40,196 bases of DNA from Gemmatimonadota bacterium (GTDB taxonomy: Bacteria; Gemmatimonadota; Gemmatimonadetes; Gemmatimonadales; GWC2-71-9), in the NCBI GenBank assembly GCA_003221045.1, contig QHUC01000055.1:1-40196 (forward strand). The letters run 5' to 3'. The notes beneath the pieces are model-generated. The model searched no databases and was not told the origin of the DNA. It worked only from the letters and a program-made list of their open reading frames with translations. Position numbers and translations under genes: made by a program. Positions 15,356 through 30,803 of the stretch are shown here, piece by piece; position 1 is the first letter of the stretch, and each line of letters opens with the position of its first letter.

Positions 15356-16356
15356 AGGCTGACCGGCGCGCCCCCCGCCGACAGGGAACGGGTAGCCGCG
15401 TCGAGTACTCGGACCACCGCCACACCGTCGGCGGCGCTCGCCCGGGGGCACTCCGTACGACGGGCGACGCGCACGAAATGGCCGAGCTCGGCGGCGAGCG
15501 GCTCCACGTTGGCGATCTTGGGAATGAAGATGTCGCCTTCCCGGATCGACAGCGCTTCGCCGTACGACCCGTACTCCGGTGGCCGCTCCACGCCCTTATC
15601 GTAGATCCGGAGCTTCTCGCGCGCCTCCATATCGTCGAACACCACCATCTTTGTCGCTCCCACCACCGTGAGTTTTCGCTCTTTGTGGGGGTCGAGCCAC
15701 GACAACTGCACGTGTGCGAGCACGCCGCTCCCGAACTCCATGGTCAGGAACACGACGTCCTCGACTTTCGGCTGCAGGTAGCTCTTCCCGTGCGCGGCCA
15801 CACGCACCGGGGTTTCCCCAAGCAAGTACAGTGCCACTGACACGTCGTGCGGCCCGAAACTCCAGAGGGCATTCTCGTCGGCGCGAACCTGCCCCAGGTT
15901 GACGCGAAGCCCGTACAGATAATAAATGCGACCGAGGTCCCCGCCCTGTACCAGGGCGCGGAGCCGCTCGACGGCCGGGTGGAACACGAGGAGGTGGCCG
16001 GCGAGCACGGGGACATCGTGCTTGGTCGCGGCCCGAGCGACCGCCTCCGCGTCGCTGGTGCTCAGGGCGAATGGCTTCTCGACCAGGCACGGCTTGCCGG
16101 CTTCGACGCACTGCAGGGCGATCCGGGCGTGCGTCGCGGCGGGGGACGCGATCACCACGGCCTCCACCCGACCAAGAAGATCCGTCACGTCTCCGGTGAC
16201 GTGCACCGCCGGGTATTGCCGTCCCAGCCGCTCGCGCGTCTTCACGTCGGCGTCGCACACCGCCGCCAGCTCCGCATCAGCGAGGGTCGCCACTGTGCGG
16301 ACGTGGTTCTTGCCCCACGCGCCGGCACCGATCACACCCACCCGGAGGCGGCTCAC
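15352..16356 (-). CDS. Gfo/Idh/MocA oxidoreductase (WbpB-like sugar 3-dehydrogenase by context)
   Basis: VIGAGAWG, EKP motif, FGPHD. Lies between the dehydrogenase and aminotransferase genes. Confidence 0.85.
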   Translation of the reverse strand: MSRLRVGVIGAGAWGKNHVRTVATLADAELAAVCDADVKTRERLGRQYPAVHVTGDVTDLLGRVEAVVIASPAATHARIALQCVEAGKPCLVEKPFALSTSDAEAVARAATKHDVPVLAGHLLVFHPAVERLRALVQGGDLGRIYYLYGLRVNLGQVRADENALWSFGPHDVSVALYLLGETPVRVAAHGKSYLQPKVEDVVFLTMEFGSGVLAHVQLSWLDPHKERKLTVVGATKMVVFDDMEAREKLRIYDKGVERPPEYGSYGEALSIREGDIFIPKIANVEPLAAELGHFVRVARRTECPRASAADGVAVVRVLDAATRSLSAGGAPVSL

Positions 16357-17468
16357 CGGTAGAACCCGCGAATCGTCTCGACCACGAAGCCGATCTGGTC
16401 GGCGGTGAGCTCGGGATAGATGGGCAGGGAGATCACCTCCGTCGCGGCCCGCTCGGCCTCCGGGAGCCGGCCCCGCTGGTAGCCCAGGTGACGGAAGCAG
16501 TTCTGGAGATGGAGCGGCACCGGGTAATAGACCGCGTTGCCGACACTGTGGCTCTTCAAATGCGCCTGCAACTCGTCCCGGCGCTCGACCCGCAGCGTGT
16601 ACTGATGAAAGATCGGCTCATTGCAGCGGTCGACCACCGGCGTCCGGACGGGTGACAGCCCGTCGAGGGCTTTGGTGTAGGACGCGGCGTGCTCGCGCCG
16701 CTTGCTCGACCAGGAGGCGAGGTGCGGCAGCTTCGCGAGCAGCACTGCCGCCTGCACCGAGTCGAGCCGCGAGTTGGTGCCGATCTCGTCGTGATGGTAC
16801 TGCTTCGCCCCGCCGTGCAGCCGCAGCTTGCGGAGTCGCTCGGCGGCCGCGTCGTCGGAGGTGACCATCATCCCGCCGTCGCCCCAGGCGCCGAGGTTCT
16901 TGCTCGGAAAGAAGGAATAGCCCGTGGCCCAGCCCAACTCGCCCGCCATGCGCCATTCGCCGTCGATGCGGCGGCGCGCCCCGATCGCCTGGGCCGCGTC
17001 CTCAATGATCTTGAGACCATGAGCGCGCGCGATCGGGATCAACCGCTCGATGGCGGCCATCTGGCCATACAGATGAACGGGCAGGATGGCCCGGGTGCGC
17101 GGGGTGACCGCCGCCTCCACCGCCGCGGGGTCGATGTTGAACGTGCCAGGCTCGATATCCACGAAGACCGGCGTGCCGCCGGCGTTGTGGATCGCCCCGG
17201 CGGTGGCGAAGAACGTGAACGGCGTCGTGATGACCTCGTCGCCCGGCTCCAGCCCGAGGGCCTTGAGGGGCAGAAGCAGCGCGTCGGTCCCGCTCGCGCA
17301 CGCGATGCCGTGTCTCGCGCGGGCGAGCTGGGCTACGGCGCTCTCGAGCTGCGGGACGGAGGGACCCATCACAAAGTGCTGCGACTCGATGACCGCTTGC
17401 AGGGCGGGCAGGACGTCGTCCTTGATCGCGCGATATTGCGCCACGAGGTCCAGTAACGGCACGTTCAC
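16353..17468 (-). CDS. DegT/DnrJ/EryC1/StrS PLP aminotransferase (WbpE-like)
   Basis: SGTDAL, PVHLYG, IEDAAQA, SFFPSKNLG, NSRLD. Confidence 0.92.
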   Translation of the reverse strand: MNVPLLDLVAQYRAIKDDVLPALQAVIESQHFVMGPSVPQLESAVAQLARARHGIACASGTDALLLPLKALGLEPGDEVITTPFTFFATAGAIHNAGGTPVFVDIEPGTFNIDPAAVEAAVTPRTRAILPVHLYGQMAAIERLIPIARAHGLKIIEDAAQAIGARRRIDGEWRMAGELGWATGYSFFPSKNLGAWGDGGMMVTSDDAAAERLRKLRLHGGAKQYHHDEIGTNSRLDSVQAAVLLAKLPHLASWSSKRREHAASYTKALDGLSPVRTPVVDRCNEPIFHQYTLRVERRDELQAHLKSHSVGNAVYYPVPLHLQNCFRHLGYQRGRLPEAERAATEVISLPIYPELTADQIGFVVETIRGFYR

Positions 17469-17504
17469 GGTGTCAGGGATCCGAAAGAAAGAGGGGGAAG
17501 GAAA

Positions 17505-18095
17505 TTACCCGACCCGGCCGGGCTGGGCAATGCGATGCAACGCGCCGTCCGACTCTTCATACGTCGCGCCGCAGCTCGCGCACGCCGCGGCGCCGCGCGC
17601 CACGACCAGACGCTCACCGCACTGGCACATCCAGCCCACGCGGCGGGCCGGGACGCCGACCATCAGGGCGTAGGCCGGCACGTCGGAGGTGACGACGGCG
17701 CCGGCCCCGATGAACGCATACTCCCCAAGGGTCACGCCGCAGACGATGGTGGCGTTGGCCCCGATCGACGTCCCCCGCTTCACGAGGGTGGCGCGGTACT
17801 CGTGCTTGCGCGACACGTGGCTGCGTGGGTTCAGGACGTTGGTGAACACGCAGGACGGTCCACAGAACACGTCGTCCTCGAGCGTGACGCCCTCGTAAAT
17901 CGAAACGTTATTCTGGATCTTCACATTGGCGCCGATCCGCGTGCCGGGCATCACCACCACGTTCTGCCCCAGACTGCAGCGCTCGCCGATCATCGCACCG
18001 GGCATCACGTGACAGAAGTGCCAGATCTTCGTGCCGCGGCCGATTTGGGCGCCGTCATCGACGTAGCTGGATTCGTGCACGAAGTAGTCTGCCAT
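17505..18095 (-). CDS. Hexapeptide-repeat N-acetyltransferase (WbpD-like) with a C-terminal Cys cluster
   Basis: [43 protein letters not shown]...CASCG. Confidence 0.9.
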   Translation of the reverse strand: MADYFVHESSYVDDGAQIGRGTKIWHFCHVMPGAMIGERCSLGQNVVVMPGTRIGANVKIQNNVSIYEGVTLEDDVFCGPSCVFTNVLNPRSHVSRKHEYRATLVKRGTSIGANATIVCGVTLGEYAFIGAGAVVTSDVPAYALMVGVPARRVGWMCQCGERLVVARGAAACASCGATYEESDGALHRIAQPGRVG

Positions 18096-19045
18096 CTAGG
18101 CTCCGATCACCTTTACCTCGAGCTCGAGCTCGACGCCGGTCTTCTTCGCGACGGTCTTGCGCACATGGTCGATGACCTTGAGCACGTCGCTCGCCGTCGC
18201 GGTGCCCGTATTCACGATGTAGTTCGCGTGCAGCGTCGAGACCTGGGCGCCGCCGATGGTGAAGCCCTTGAGCCCGCACTCGTCGATCAGCACGCCCGCT
18301 GTGCGCGGTCCGCCTGGATTCTTGAAGACCGATCCGGCGCAGGGCTGGTCGAACGGCGTGCCGGCCTTGCGCCAGCGGAACAGCCGGGCCTGCAGCTCCT
18401 TGAGCTTCGCCGGCGGCTCCTCGATCAGGGCCAGCTTCGCCTCGAGCACGATGACGTTCCCGAGGTTCGACGCCCGGTACTTAAAGGAGATCTGCTTGCG
18501 CCCCACCGACCGGACTTTCCCCTTGGCGTCCATCACGGTGGCCTCCGTGAGCACCTCGGCAAACTCCGCGCCGTGCGCACCGGCGTTCATATAGACGCCT
18601 CCCCCGACGGTGCCGGGAATGCCGATGAATCGCTCCACACCGGCGAACCCCGCCTCCGCCGTCCGGCGCGCGAGCAGCGGGGTCGCCAGTCCGGCCCCGA
18701 CGATGGCGGTGGCGCCCTTCATCTCGAAGCGGTCGAGCCCCTTGCCAATGCGGATGACGACGCCGGGGAAGCCCGCGTCCTTCACCAGGACGTTCGAGCC
18801 GAGACCGAGCGCCATCCAGGGCAGGCCGCGCTCCTGCGCGAGATCGAGCGCCTTGGCAACGTCCTCCGCGTCGGCCGGCTGGACGAGAAAGCGCGCCGGG
18901 CCGCCGATCCGGTACGTGGTGTAGCGCGCCAACGGCTCGTTCTCGAGCACGCGGCCGCGAAACTTGGGCTTCGGCGCCGGGGGCGGCGTCGCCGGCTTGA
19001 CCGCGAGCTTGCCCCCCTTGCCGGTCGGCTTCGCGGCGGCTTTCG

Positions 19046-24361
<5,316 letters not shown>

Positions 24362-24363
24362 CG

Positions 24364-24386
24364 AAAAAGGGGACCCAGGGTCCCCT
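24364..24386. terminator. Intrinsic terminator between convergent rpmB and rplQ (U-tract on the minus strand)
   Basis: AAAAA-GGGGACC-CAG-GGTCCCC hairpin. Confidence 0.7.
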
Positions 24387-24423
24387 CCGTTGTCTCGCAG
24401 GGCGCCCCGCCGCCCCCCGGCCG

Positions 24424-24780
24424 TCACTCACCCAACAGTTCGATGCGAGCGACGTCGGCGCCGTCACCCGCGCGGTGACCGAGCTTGGTGATGCGCGTGT
24501 ATCCGCCCGCCCGCGCCGCGAACCGGGGTCCGAGATCCTTGAATAGCCGGTGCGTCACGTCCCGATCTTTCAGCCGCCGCTCCACCAGGCGCCGCGCGTG
24601 CAGATCTCCGCGCCGCGCGAGCGTGATGAGCCGCTCCGCGTAGGGGCGCAGCTCCTTCGCCTTGGCCTCGGTGGTCACGATCCTGTCGTGCCGGAAGAGG
24701 CTCGTCGCGAGGTTTGCCAGCAGTGCCTTCTTGTGGCTCGCGGTGCGGGACAGCTGCCGGCCCTTGGCCCGGTGCCGCAT
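24424..24780 (-). CDS. rplQ: 50S ribosomal protein L17
   Basis: [36 protein letters not shown]. Confidence 0.97.
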   Translation of the reverse strand: MRHRAKGRQLSRTASHKKALLANLATSLFRHDRIVTTEAKAKELRPYAERLITLARRGDLHARRLVERRLKDRDVTHRLFKDLGPRFAARAGGYTRITKLGHRAGDGADVARIELLGE

Positions 24781-25706
24781 TACTCCGCTTCTCCTTCACT
24801 CGCCTGCGCCTGCGGTGGCATGCCAGGATCGAGCACCTTCCACTCGGTGTCTGTCTCCTCGAACTTCATCCCGAAATTCAGGCCCTCCCGCCGGAGCAGC
24901 TCGGCAATTTCCCCCAGCGCCTTTTCGCCCACGTTCTTCACCTTGAGGAGATCCTCCTCGCGATACTGCACGAGGTCTCCCAACGTGCGGATGTTGGAAT
25001 TCTTGAGCGAGTTGACCGACCGGACCGACAAGCCCACGTCGTCGATCGAGCGGGCGAGCACTTCCCGCAACCGGCCCGTGGCGGCGCCACCGTTTCCGGC
25101 TGGCTGGGCGGCGACCATCGGCACTTTGCCGAAGTCCACGAAGAAGCGGAAATGCTCCTGCGCCAGGGCCGCCGCGTACGCGACCGCGTCTTCGGGAGAG
25201 ATGGTCCCATTGGTCTCGACCGTCAGTGTGAGCCCCTCGACGTAGCCCCGCCCCTTGTTCACGTACAATTCACCGCCGATTTCGCGGTCGTCCTGCACGG
25301 TGAACAGCAGCTGATCGGGATTCACGATGGTCACCGCGCTGTGCGCGTCGATATCGCGCGCGTACACCGGCCCGGCCTTGTCGTGCTTGATGTGGAGGAC
25401 CGCCTCGTCGACGTCCGCGGCGAGGACGAGCGTGAGCGCCTTGAGCCGCTGGATGATTTGGTGCACGTCCTCGACCACGCCGGGGATGGTCTGGTGCTCG
25501 TGGACCACCCCGTCCAACCGGAAGGCCCACACGGCGGCCCCGCGGAGCGAGGAGAGCAGCATCCGGCGCAGCGAATTGCCCAGCGTGTAGCCGTAGCCCC
25601 GCTCGAGCGGCTGGAGGCGGAACTCGGCGGCATTGGCATTGTCTTCCCGCTTGGTCATCTCGACCAGGTGCGGGCGAACCAGGCCCGTCAAATCTAGAGT
25701 CGTCAT
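24780..25706 (-). CDS. rpoA: RNA polymerase alpha subunit with an apparent in-frame internal deletion at about 25235
   Basis: [34 protein letters not shown] joined directly to [13 protein letters not shown], alpha-[13 protein letters not shown]...KNVGEKAL. Confidence 0.95.
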   Translation of the reverse strand: MTTLDLTGLVRPHLVEMTKREDNANAAEFRLQPLERGYGYTLGNSLRRMLLSSLRGAAVWAFRLDGVVHEHQTIPGVVEDVHQIIQRLKALTLVLAADVDEAVLHIKHDKAGPVYARDIDAHSAVTIVNPDQLLFTVQDDREIGGELYVNKGRGYVEGLTLTVETNGTISPEDAVAYAAALAQEHFRFFVDFGKVPMVAAQPAGNGGAATGRLREVLARSIDDVGLSVRSVNSLKNSNIRTLGDLVQYREEDLLKVKNVGEKALGEIAELLRREGLNFGMKFEETDTEWKVLDPGMPPQAQASEGEAE

Positions 25707-26341
25707 CACTTGGAATAGAGCTCAACGATTAACTGTTCTTGCGCGGCGATCGGGATGGCGTCGCGGGTGGGCCGCTGCGTCATCTTGCCGAGCGCCTTGT
25801 CGGTATCGACCTGTATCCAGGACACCGGTTGCTGGCGGCCGAACTGCTCGAGCGCCAGCTTCACCTGCACCAACTCGCGGCTTGCGTCGGCCAGCTTCAC
25901 TTCGTCACCCGGGCGCACCCGGAAGGACGGCACGTTCACCGTCCGGCTGTTGACCTGCACGTGGCGGTGACGGACGAGCTGGCGCGCCTGCCGACGCGAC
26001 ACCGCGAACCCCATCCGGTAGACGAGGTTGTCGAGCCGGCTCTCGAGCGCGACCAGAAGCGCCTCACCGGTCACGCCCGGCTCCTTCAGCACGCGATCGA
26101 AGATGTTGCGGAACTGACGCTCTGACAGCCCGTAGATCCGCTTGACCTTTTGCTTTTCCCGCAGCTGCCGCGCGTATTCGGAGGCTTTGCGCCGCCGCCC
26201 CGACGACTGGCCGTGCTGACCGGGCGCGTAGGCCCGCCGCTCGACGGCGCACTTCTCCGTCAAACAGCGCGTCCCCTTGAGGAACAGCTTCGTCCCCTCG
26301 CGGCGGCACAGCTTGCAGGCAGGACCCGTGTAGCGTGCCAT
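25706..26341 (-). CDS. rpsD: 30S ribosomal protein S4
   Basis: MARYTGPACKLCRREG, SEYARQLREKQK, LESRLDNLVYR, IVELYSK. Confidence 0.98.
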   Translation of the reverse strand: MARYTGPACKLCRREGTKLFLKGTRCLTEKCAVERRAYAPGQHGQSSGRRRKASEYARQLREKQKVKRIYGLSERQFRNIFDRVLKEPGVTGEALLVALESRLDNLVYRMGFAVSRRQARQLVRHRHVQVNSRTVNVPSFRVRPGDEVKLADASRELVQVKLALEQFGRQQPVSWIQVDTDKALGKMTQRPTRDAIPIAAQEQLIVELYSK

Positions 26342-26344
26342 CGC

Positions 26345-26737
26345 TCAGACCCGCCGCTTTTTCGGCGGCCGGCAGCCATTATGCGGGATCGGGGTCACGT
26401 CCCGAATCGAGCGGATCTGCAGCCCGGCGGTGGCCAGGGCCTGAATCGCGGATTCACGGCCCGACCCCGGCCCCTGCACCCGCACGTGCACGCGCCGCAC
26501 GCCGAGATTGAGCGCCTCACGCGCCGCCTGCTCCGCCGCCACCGTCGCGGCGAACGGCGTCGATTTCTTCGACCCCTGGAAGCCAGCCTTGCCCGAGGAA
26601 CCCCACGTGATGGCATTCCCCTGCATGTCGCTGATGGTGATGAGCGTGTTGTTGAAGGTCGCCGTGATATGGGCGATGCCTTCCGCCTCCACCACCTTCT
26701 TGACGCGCTTCGCGCCCGCCGCTTTCGCCTGTGCCAT
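26345..26737 (-). CDS. rpsK: 30S ribosomal protein S11
   Basis: [41 protein letters not shown]. Confidence 0.98.
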   Translation of the reverse strand: MAQAKAAGAKRVKKVVEAEGIAHITATFNNTLITISDMQGNAITWGSSGKAGFQGSKKSTPFAATVAAEQAAREALNLGVRRVHVRVQGPGSGRESAIQALATAGLQIRSIRDVTPIPHNGCRPPKKRRV

Positions 26738-27121
26738 TTACTTTTTCAGCAAGGGCTTCTTCTTGCCCGCAATAGCGCGCCGCGGCCCCTTCTTCGTGCG
26801 CGCGTTGGTGTGGGTGCGTTGGCCGCGCACGGGGAGGTTCTTCCGGTGCCGCGAGCCGCGATACGTGCCGATGTCCATCAGCCGCTTGATGTTCATCGCG
26901 ACTTCCGTGCGCAACGCGCCTTCGACCTTGTAGTCGCGCTCGATCACCTGACGCAGCCGTGCCACCTCCGCATCCCGGAGGTCGCGCACGCGCGCATCCG
27001 AGTTCACCCCGGTCTCCGCGAGAATTCTCCTCGCGTTCCGAGGTCGGATGCCGTAAATGTACGGAAGGGCGTACAGGATTTTCTTGTCGCGCGGCAGGTC
27101 GACCCCTGCAATGCGTGCCAT
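26738..27121 (-). CDS. rpsM: 30S ribosomal protein S13
   Basis: [36 protein letters not shown]. Confidence 0.98.
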   Translation of the reverse strand: MARIAGVDLPRDKKILYALPYIYGIRPRNARRILAETGVNSDARVRDLRDAEVARLRQVIERDYKVEGALRTEVAMNIKRLMDIGTYRGSRHRKNLPVRGQRTHTNARTKKGPRRAIAGKKKPLLKK

Positions 27122-27124
27122 CCG

Positions 27125-27241
27125 CTACCCCTGCCGCTGCTTGTGCTTGGGGCTGCGCTTGCAGATGACGCGGATGACTCCCCGCCGCTTGATCACCCTG
27201 CAATGCTCACAGATCGGCTTTACGCTAGTCCGGACCTTCAA
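27125..27241 (-). CDS. rpmJ: 50S ribosomal protein L36 (TTG start)
   Basis: [46 protein letters not shown] upstream of TTG 27241. Confidence 0.95.
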   Translation of the reverse strand: MKVRTSVKPICEHCRVIKRRGVIRVICKRSPKHKQRQG

Positions 27242-27281
27242 GACGGGCGCTCCCGGGAAAAAATTTCCAATTGAATCTTGA

Positions 27282-27310
27282 ATTGTAGACGGCGCTGTAA
27301 GTTCGCGCAA
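27282..27310 (-). promoter_or_regulatory. Sigma70 promoter of the rpmJ-rplQ (alpha) operon
   Basis: TTGCGC-17 nt-TACAAT followed by an AT-rich leader in an otherwise GC-rich window. Confidence 0.7.
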
Positions 27311-27319
27311 GGGGCGGGA

Positions 27320-27739
27320 TTAGGGCGCGCTCCGCAACTCCGTCAGCACCCATTCGTCGCTCGTCTTTCGAAACCCGAGAAACACCGTTTCGCGACGCTC
27401 GTCGCTCGTGCCCGCCACCACGTACCGCCGTTCCAGCTCGGCGTAGCCGCGTTCCGGCTCGACCTCGCGAACCGCGCTCACCGTCAGCCGGCGCTCGACG
27501 CCTGCCCGGAGGTGACGGCGCAACAGCTCGAGGGCCTGGGCACGATCCACCGGCGCGGAGGGGTCGGCGCCTGGAATCTGGAGCACGATGCTAGGGCCTT
27601 GGCCCACAATCGCTTCCACATTGTGCCTCAGCCACGCCTGTCGCACGCGCTCGGCCGCTTCGGCGAGCGAGCCCTGGGCCCGCACGCCAACGCCCAAAAC
27701 GGCGCTGAGTAGCAGGACGATCGCCAGCGAGCGCAGCAT
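27320..27739 (-). CDS. Small secreted hypothetical protein
   Basis: Signal-peptide-like N-terminus (MLRSLAIVLLLSAVLGVGVRA). TGATG coupling with pyrF. Confidence 0.65.
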   Translation of the reverse strand: MLRSLAIVLLLSAVLGVGVRAQGSLAEAAERVRQAWLRHNVEAIVGQGPSIVLQIPGADPSAPVDRAQALELLRRHLRAGVERRLTVSAVREVEPERGYAELERRYVVAGTSDERRETVFLGFRKTSDEWVLTELRSAP

Positions 27740-28258
27740 CAGAGGCTCTCCATCAACCGCTGGTACACCCCAGCCGGGTCCGCGGCCTGGGTGATGGGAC
27801 GGCCGACCACGACGTGGGTCGCCCCGCGCCGCATCGCCTCGGCCGCCGTCACCGTGCGCGCGTGGTCGCCCCTCGCGTCACCGAGAGCCCGGATGCCAGG
27901 CACCACGATCCAAGGCGCGGGCCCGAGAGCGGCGCGAAGCAGCGTCAGCTCAAGCCCGGATGCCACGATGCCGCGGAGGCCGGCGCTCACCGCCAGCCGG
28001 GCGAGACGCTCGGTCTCGACTCCCATATCCGGCACGCCACGGCCTACCACCCGCTCGAAGTCGCCAGCGTCGTGCGACGTGAGCACGGTGACGCCAACGA
28101 GCGCCACCTCCCCGGCGGCGCTTGCCGCAGCGGCAAGAACCGCCGGCCCGCCCAGGGTGTGTACCGTCGCCATCGCCACCCCCTGCGCCCGGCCGCGCCG
28201 CCAGGTCCAAGGCCTCCCGCCCGCTGGGGAGATCGAACGCCACGATGAGGTCAGCCAG
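27739..28258 (-). pseudogene. pyrF: Orotidine-5'-phosphate decarboxylase with an apparent deletion/frameshift at about 28192; possible CTG start
   Basis: N-terminal (M)ADLIVAFDLPSGREALDLA, then in another frame MATVH..GG, GVTVLTS, VVPGIR, VVGRPITQAADP. The catalytic DxKxxD segment is absent. Confidence 0.85.
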
Positions 28259-29090
28259 GACCGAGCTCCCGCGCGATGCGCTCCGGGGCGCGCGGGTCGG
28301 CGAGTGCCGCAGTCCCGATCGCCACGAGCGACGCTCCCGCCGTCAAGTATTCGCGCGCGTCCCTCGCGGTGCGGATGCCCCCGACCCCGATGATCGGGAT
28401 GTCGACCTTGTCGTGCACTCGTCGGGTCGCCAACACGCCGATCGGAAGGAGCGCCGGACCGCTCACGCCGCCGGATCCGTTTCCCAGGCGCCCGTCGAGC
28501 GCCCCCGGTATTGTGTTCACGAGGGTCACCGCAGCCGCACCCTCCTGTTTCGCTACCGCGGCCATGCCGGCGATGTCCGGTAGCACGGGCGAGAGCTTCA
28601 CTACGATCGGTCGCGTGGCCGCCGCGCGACATCGCCGCACGAGCTCACGCAGTCCGTCGGGAGTCGCACCGAACTCGAGCCCACCGGCGCTTGTGTTGGG
28701 ACAGGACGCGTTCACCTCGAATGCCGTGATCACGGCGAGATGACTGAGGCAGGTGATCACGTGTACGTAATCGTCCACCGTCGCACCGGCGACGTTGACC
28801 AGCACCCGTGCGCGCTGGAGGTGTGTCGCGAGCCACGGGAGGTCGTGGTCGCGCACCGCCTGGACGCCGGGGTTCGCGAGACCGACGGCATTGAGCATGC
28901 CGCCCGCGAACTCGGCCACACGTGGCGCGGGGTGTCCGGGTCGCGGCTCCGGGGTGACCGCCTTGGTCACGATCCCACCGAGCGCGTCCAAATCGATGAC
29001 GTCGCGCACCTCGCGGCCGAAGCCGGCAGTGCCGGAAGCGAGCAGGACTGGGTTTTGGAACGTCGCGTCGAACAGCCGAACTGCCGTCAC
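28251..29090 (-). CDS. pyrD: Dihydroorotate dehydrogenase, family 1 catalytic subunit
   Basis: NPVLLASGTAG, TKAVT, MLNAVGLANPG, EVNASCPN, VKLSP, GGVSGPA, IIGVGGI. GTG start overlaps the amidase stop. Confidence 0.92.
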   Translation of the reverse strand: MTAVRLFDATFQNPVLLASGTAGFGREVRDVIDLDALGGIVTKAVTPEPRPGHPAPRVAEFAGGMLNAVGLANPGVQAVRDHDLPWLATHLQRARVLVNVAGATVDDYVHVITCLSHLAVITAFEVNASCPNTSAGGLEFGATPDGLRELVRRCRAAATRPIVVKLSPVLPDIAGMAAVAKQEGAAAVTLVNTIPGALDGRLGNGSGGVSGPALLPIGVLATRRVHDKVDIPIIGVGGIRTARDAREYLTAGASLVAIGTAALADPRAPERIARELGPG

Positions 29091-30172
29091 CGCCCCCTCG
29101 CCGGCGCCGCGACCGCGAGTTTCCGCTCGAACTCGAGGAGATACGCGACGATCCCGTCCGCGATGGCGCTCGCGATCTTGTGCTGACCGAGGCTCGAGGC
29201 CAGGAACGCCCCGTCCGTGCGATTGGTGGCGAAGCCGGTCTCGACCAGGATGGCGGGCCGCCGGGCCGTGGTGAGCACCATGAACCCCGCCTGCTGCACA
29301 CCGTGACCGCCTCCGGGATGGATGCGCGCAACGGAGTCCTGGACCAGCGCGGCGAGCTGGGCCGACTCGCGCAGATACTCGTTCACCTGGAGGTCCCTGA
29401 GGATGAACCCCAACGGACCGGTCGCTGCGCTCGACGCCCCCGTGAACAGGTCGCACTCCGCTTTGCAGAACGCCCCGCGATCGGCGAGGTCAATGAGGGT
29501 GTCGCCGGAGCGGGTGAGCGACGCGCCGATACCGCGCCGCATCAGCTCCGCTCGCAACAGGCGGGCGATGGCGAGTGTGATGTCCTTCTCCACCAGGCCA
29601 TCGGGGAAATACCGACCCGGGTTCCCCGGATCCACGCCTCCGTGCCCCGGGTCCACTACGACCGTGTGATGCAGGCGCAATCCGGTCATCGGGTTGGGCA
29701 CCGCCGCGGGCGAGTGCATTGGGGCGGATGGCGGAGGAGCGGCAGCCACCGCACCAGCCACGGGCAGCTCGACGAGTCGTGACCACGCCCCGGCCCCGGA
29801 GGCGTCCCAGCGATAGCGGCCGCCCAGCGCCCGCGGCACACAGTCCGCGAGCCAGTTCAGGGGCAGGAAGACCGTATCGCGCGCCACGTATGGCTCGCCC
29901 ACGAGCCCGTACACCACGCCGCCGACGCGCACGAACGGCGCGCCCAACTGGAAGACGAACTCCGTCCCCGAGAGTCCCACCGCCACGCGTGAGCCCTCGA
30001 GCGCCACGGTGAGTCCGAGCGGCGGCCCGAGGAGCGGCGCGGCGACGGCGGCGCTGCCGCGCTCGCTCGTCACGGGTACCGTGGTCTCCCCCCGCGGCGT
30101 GGAGATCAACACGACTTGGGGCGCCCGGGGAGGCGTCGCGATCGCGAGCCAGAGCCATAGCAGCACGCTCAC
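29087..30172 (-). CDS. N-acetylmuramoyl-L-alanine amidase (Amidase_3) with an apparent in-frame deletion at about 29444
   Basis: VVVDPGHGGVDPG, EKDITL, LTRSGD, AGFMVL, AILVETGFATN. The S-x-H-x-N zinc-ligand motif expected after DLF is missing. Confidence 0.85.
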   Translation of the reverse strand: MSVLLWLWLAIATPPRAPQVVLISTPRGETTVPVTSERGSAAVAAPLLGPPLGLTVALEGSRVAVGLSGTEFVFQLGAPFVRVGGVVYGLVGEPYVARDTVFLPLNWLADCVPRALGGRYRWDASGAGAWSRLVELPVAGAVAAAPPPSAPMHSPAAVPNPMTGLRLHHTVVVDPGHGGVDPGNPGRYFPDGLVEKDITLAIARLLRAELMRRGIGASLTRSGDTLIDLADRGAFCKAECDLFTGASSAATGPLGFILRDLQVNEYLRESAQLAALVQDSVARIHPGGGHGVQQAGFMVLTTARRPAILVETGFATNRTDGAFLASSLGQHKIASAIADGIVAYLLEFERKLAVAAPARGR

Positions 30173-30624
30173 GAGCGCGTTCCCTTGATGCCGCGCGCCA
30201 GCTCGCGCTCCGCCACGCGCCGCTTCAACTCCTCGCGCTTGTCGTGCAGCTTCTTGGCCTTCGCGAGAGCGATCGCAACCTTGGCGAGACCGTCCTTGAA
30301 GTAGAGCTCGAGGGGGACGATCGTGAGTCCCTTCCGACTGGTTCCGCCGATCAGCTTGCGGATCTCCTGTGCGTGGAGGAGCAGCTTGCGGGAGCGCGCG
30401 GGCGGCGGGTTGTTATAGCTCCCGGGCCGATAGGCCGCGATGGTCATCCCCTCGAGCCACACTTCCCCGTTGCGCACGTGCGCATAGGCTTCACCGAGAC
30501 TGGCCTTGCCGACGCGGAGCGACTTGACCTCCGTGCCCGTAAGCACGAGGCCCGCCTCCCACGTCTCCAGGAGATGGTAGTCATGTCGCGCCCGCGGGTT
30601 ACGGGCGATGGAGACTTTGTCCAC
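30169..30624 (-). CDS. smpB: SsrA-binding protein
   Basis: NPRARHDY, EAGLVLTGTEVKSLR, RKLLLH, TIVPLELYFK, KKLHDKRE. Confidence 0.96.
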   Translation of the reverse strand: MDKVSIARNPRARHDYHLLETWEAGLVLTGTEVKSLRVGKASLGEAYAHVRNGEVWLEGMTIAAYRPGSYNNPPPARSRKLLLHAQEIRKLIGGTSRKGLTIVPLELYFKDGLAKVAIALAKAKKLHDKREELKRRVAERELARGIKGTRS

Positions 30625-30635
30625 CGGGCCAGCGC

Positions 30636-30664
30636 AAGATAGAAACCGTCACGAAAGCGGTCAA
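30636..30664 (-). promoter_or_regulatory. Putative sigma70 promoter of smpB
   Basis: TTGACC-17 nt-TATCTT, 11 nt upstream of the GTG start. Confidence 0.6.
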
Positions 30665-30672
30665 GCCAAGAG

Positions 30673-30702
30673 TTGACTTGAGGTTATACCGCCGTCTATA
30701 TT
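30673..30702 (+). promoter_or_regulatory. Putative sigma70 promoter of tRNA-Leu
   Basis: TTGACT-18 nt-TATATT followed by a GC-rich stretch, back to back with the smpB promoter. Confidence 0.55.
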
Positions 30703-30717
30703 CGCCGTTCCCGCGCT

Positions 30718-30802
<85 letters not shown>

Positions 30803-30803
30803 G

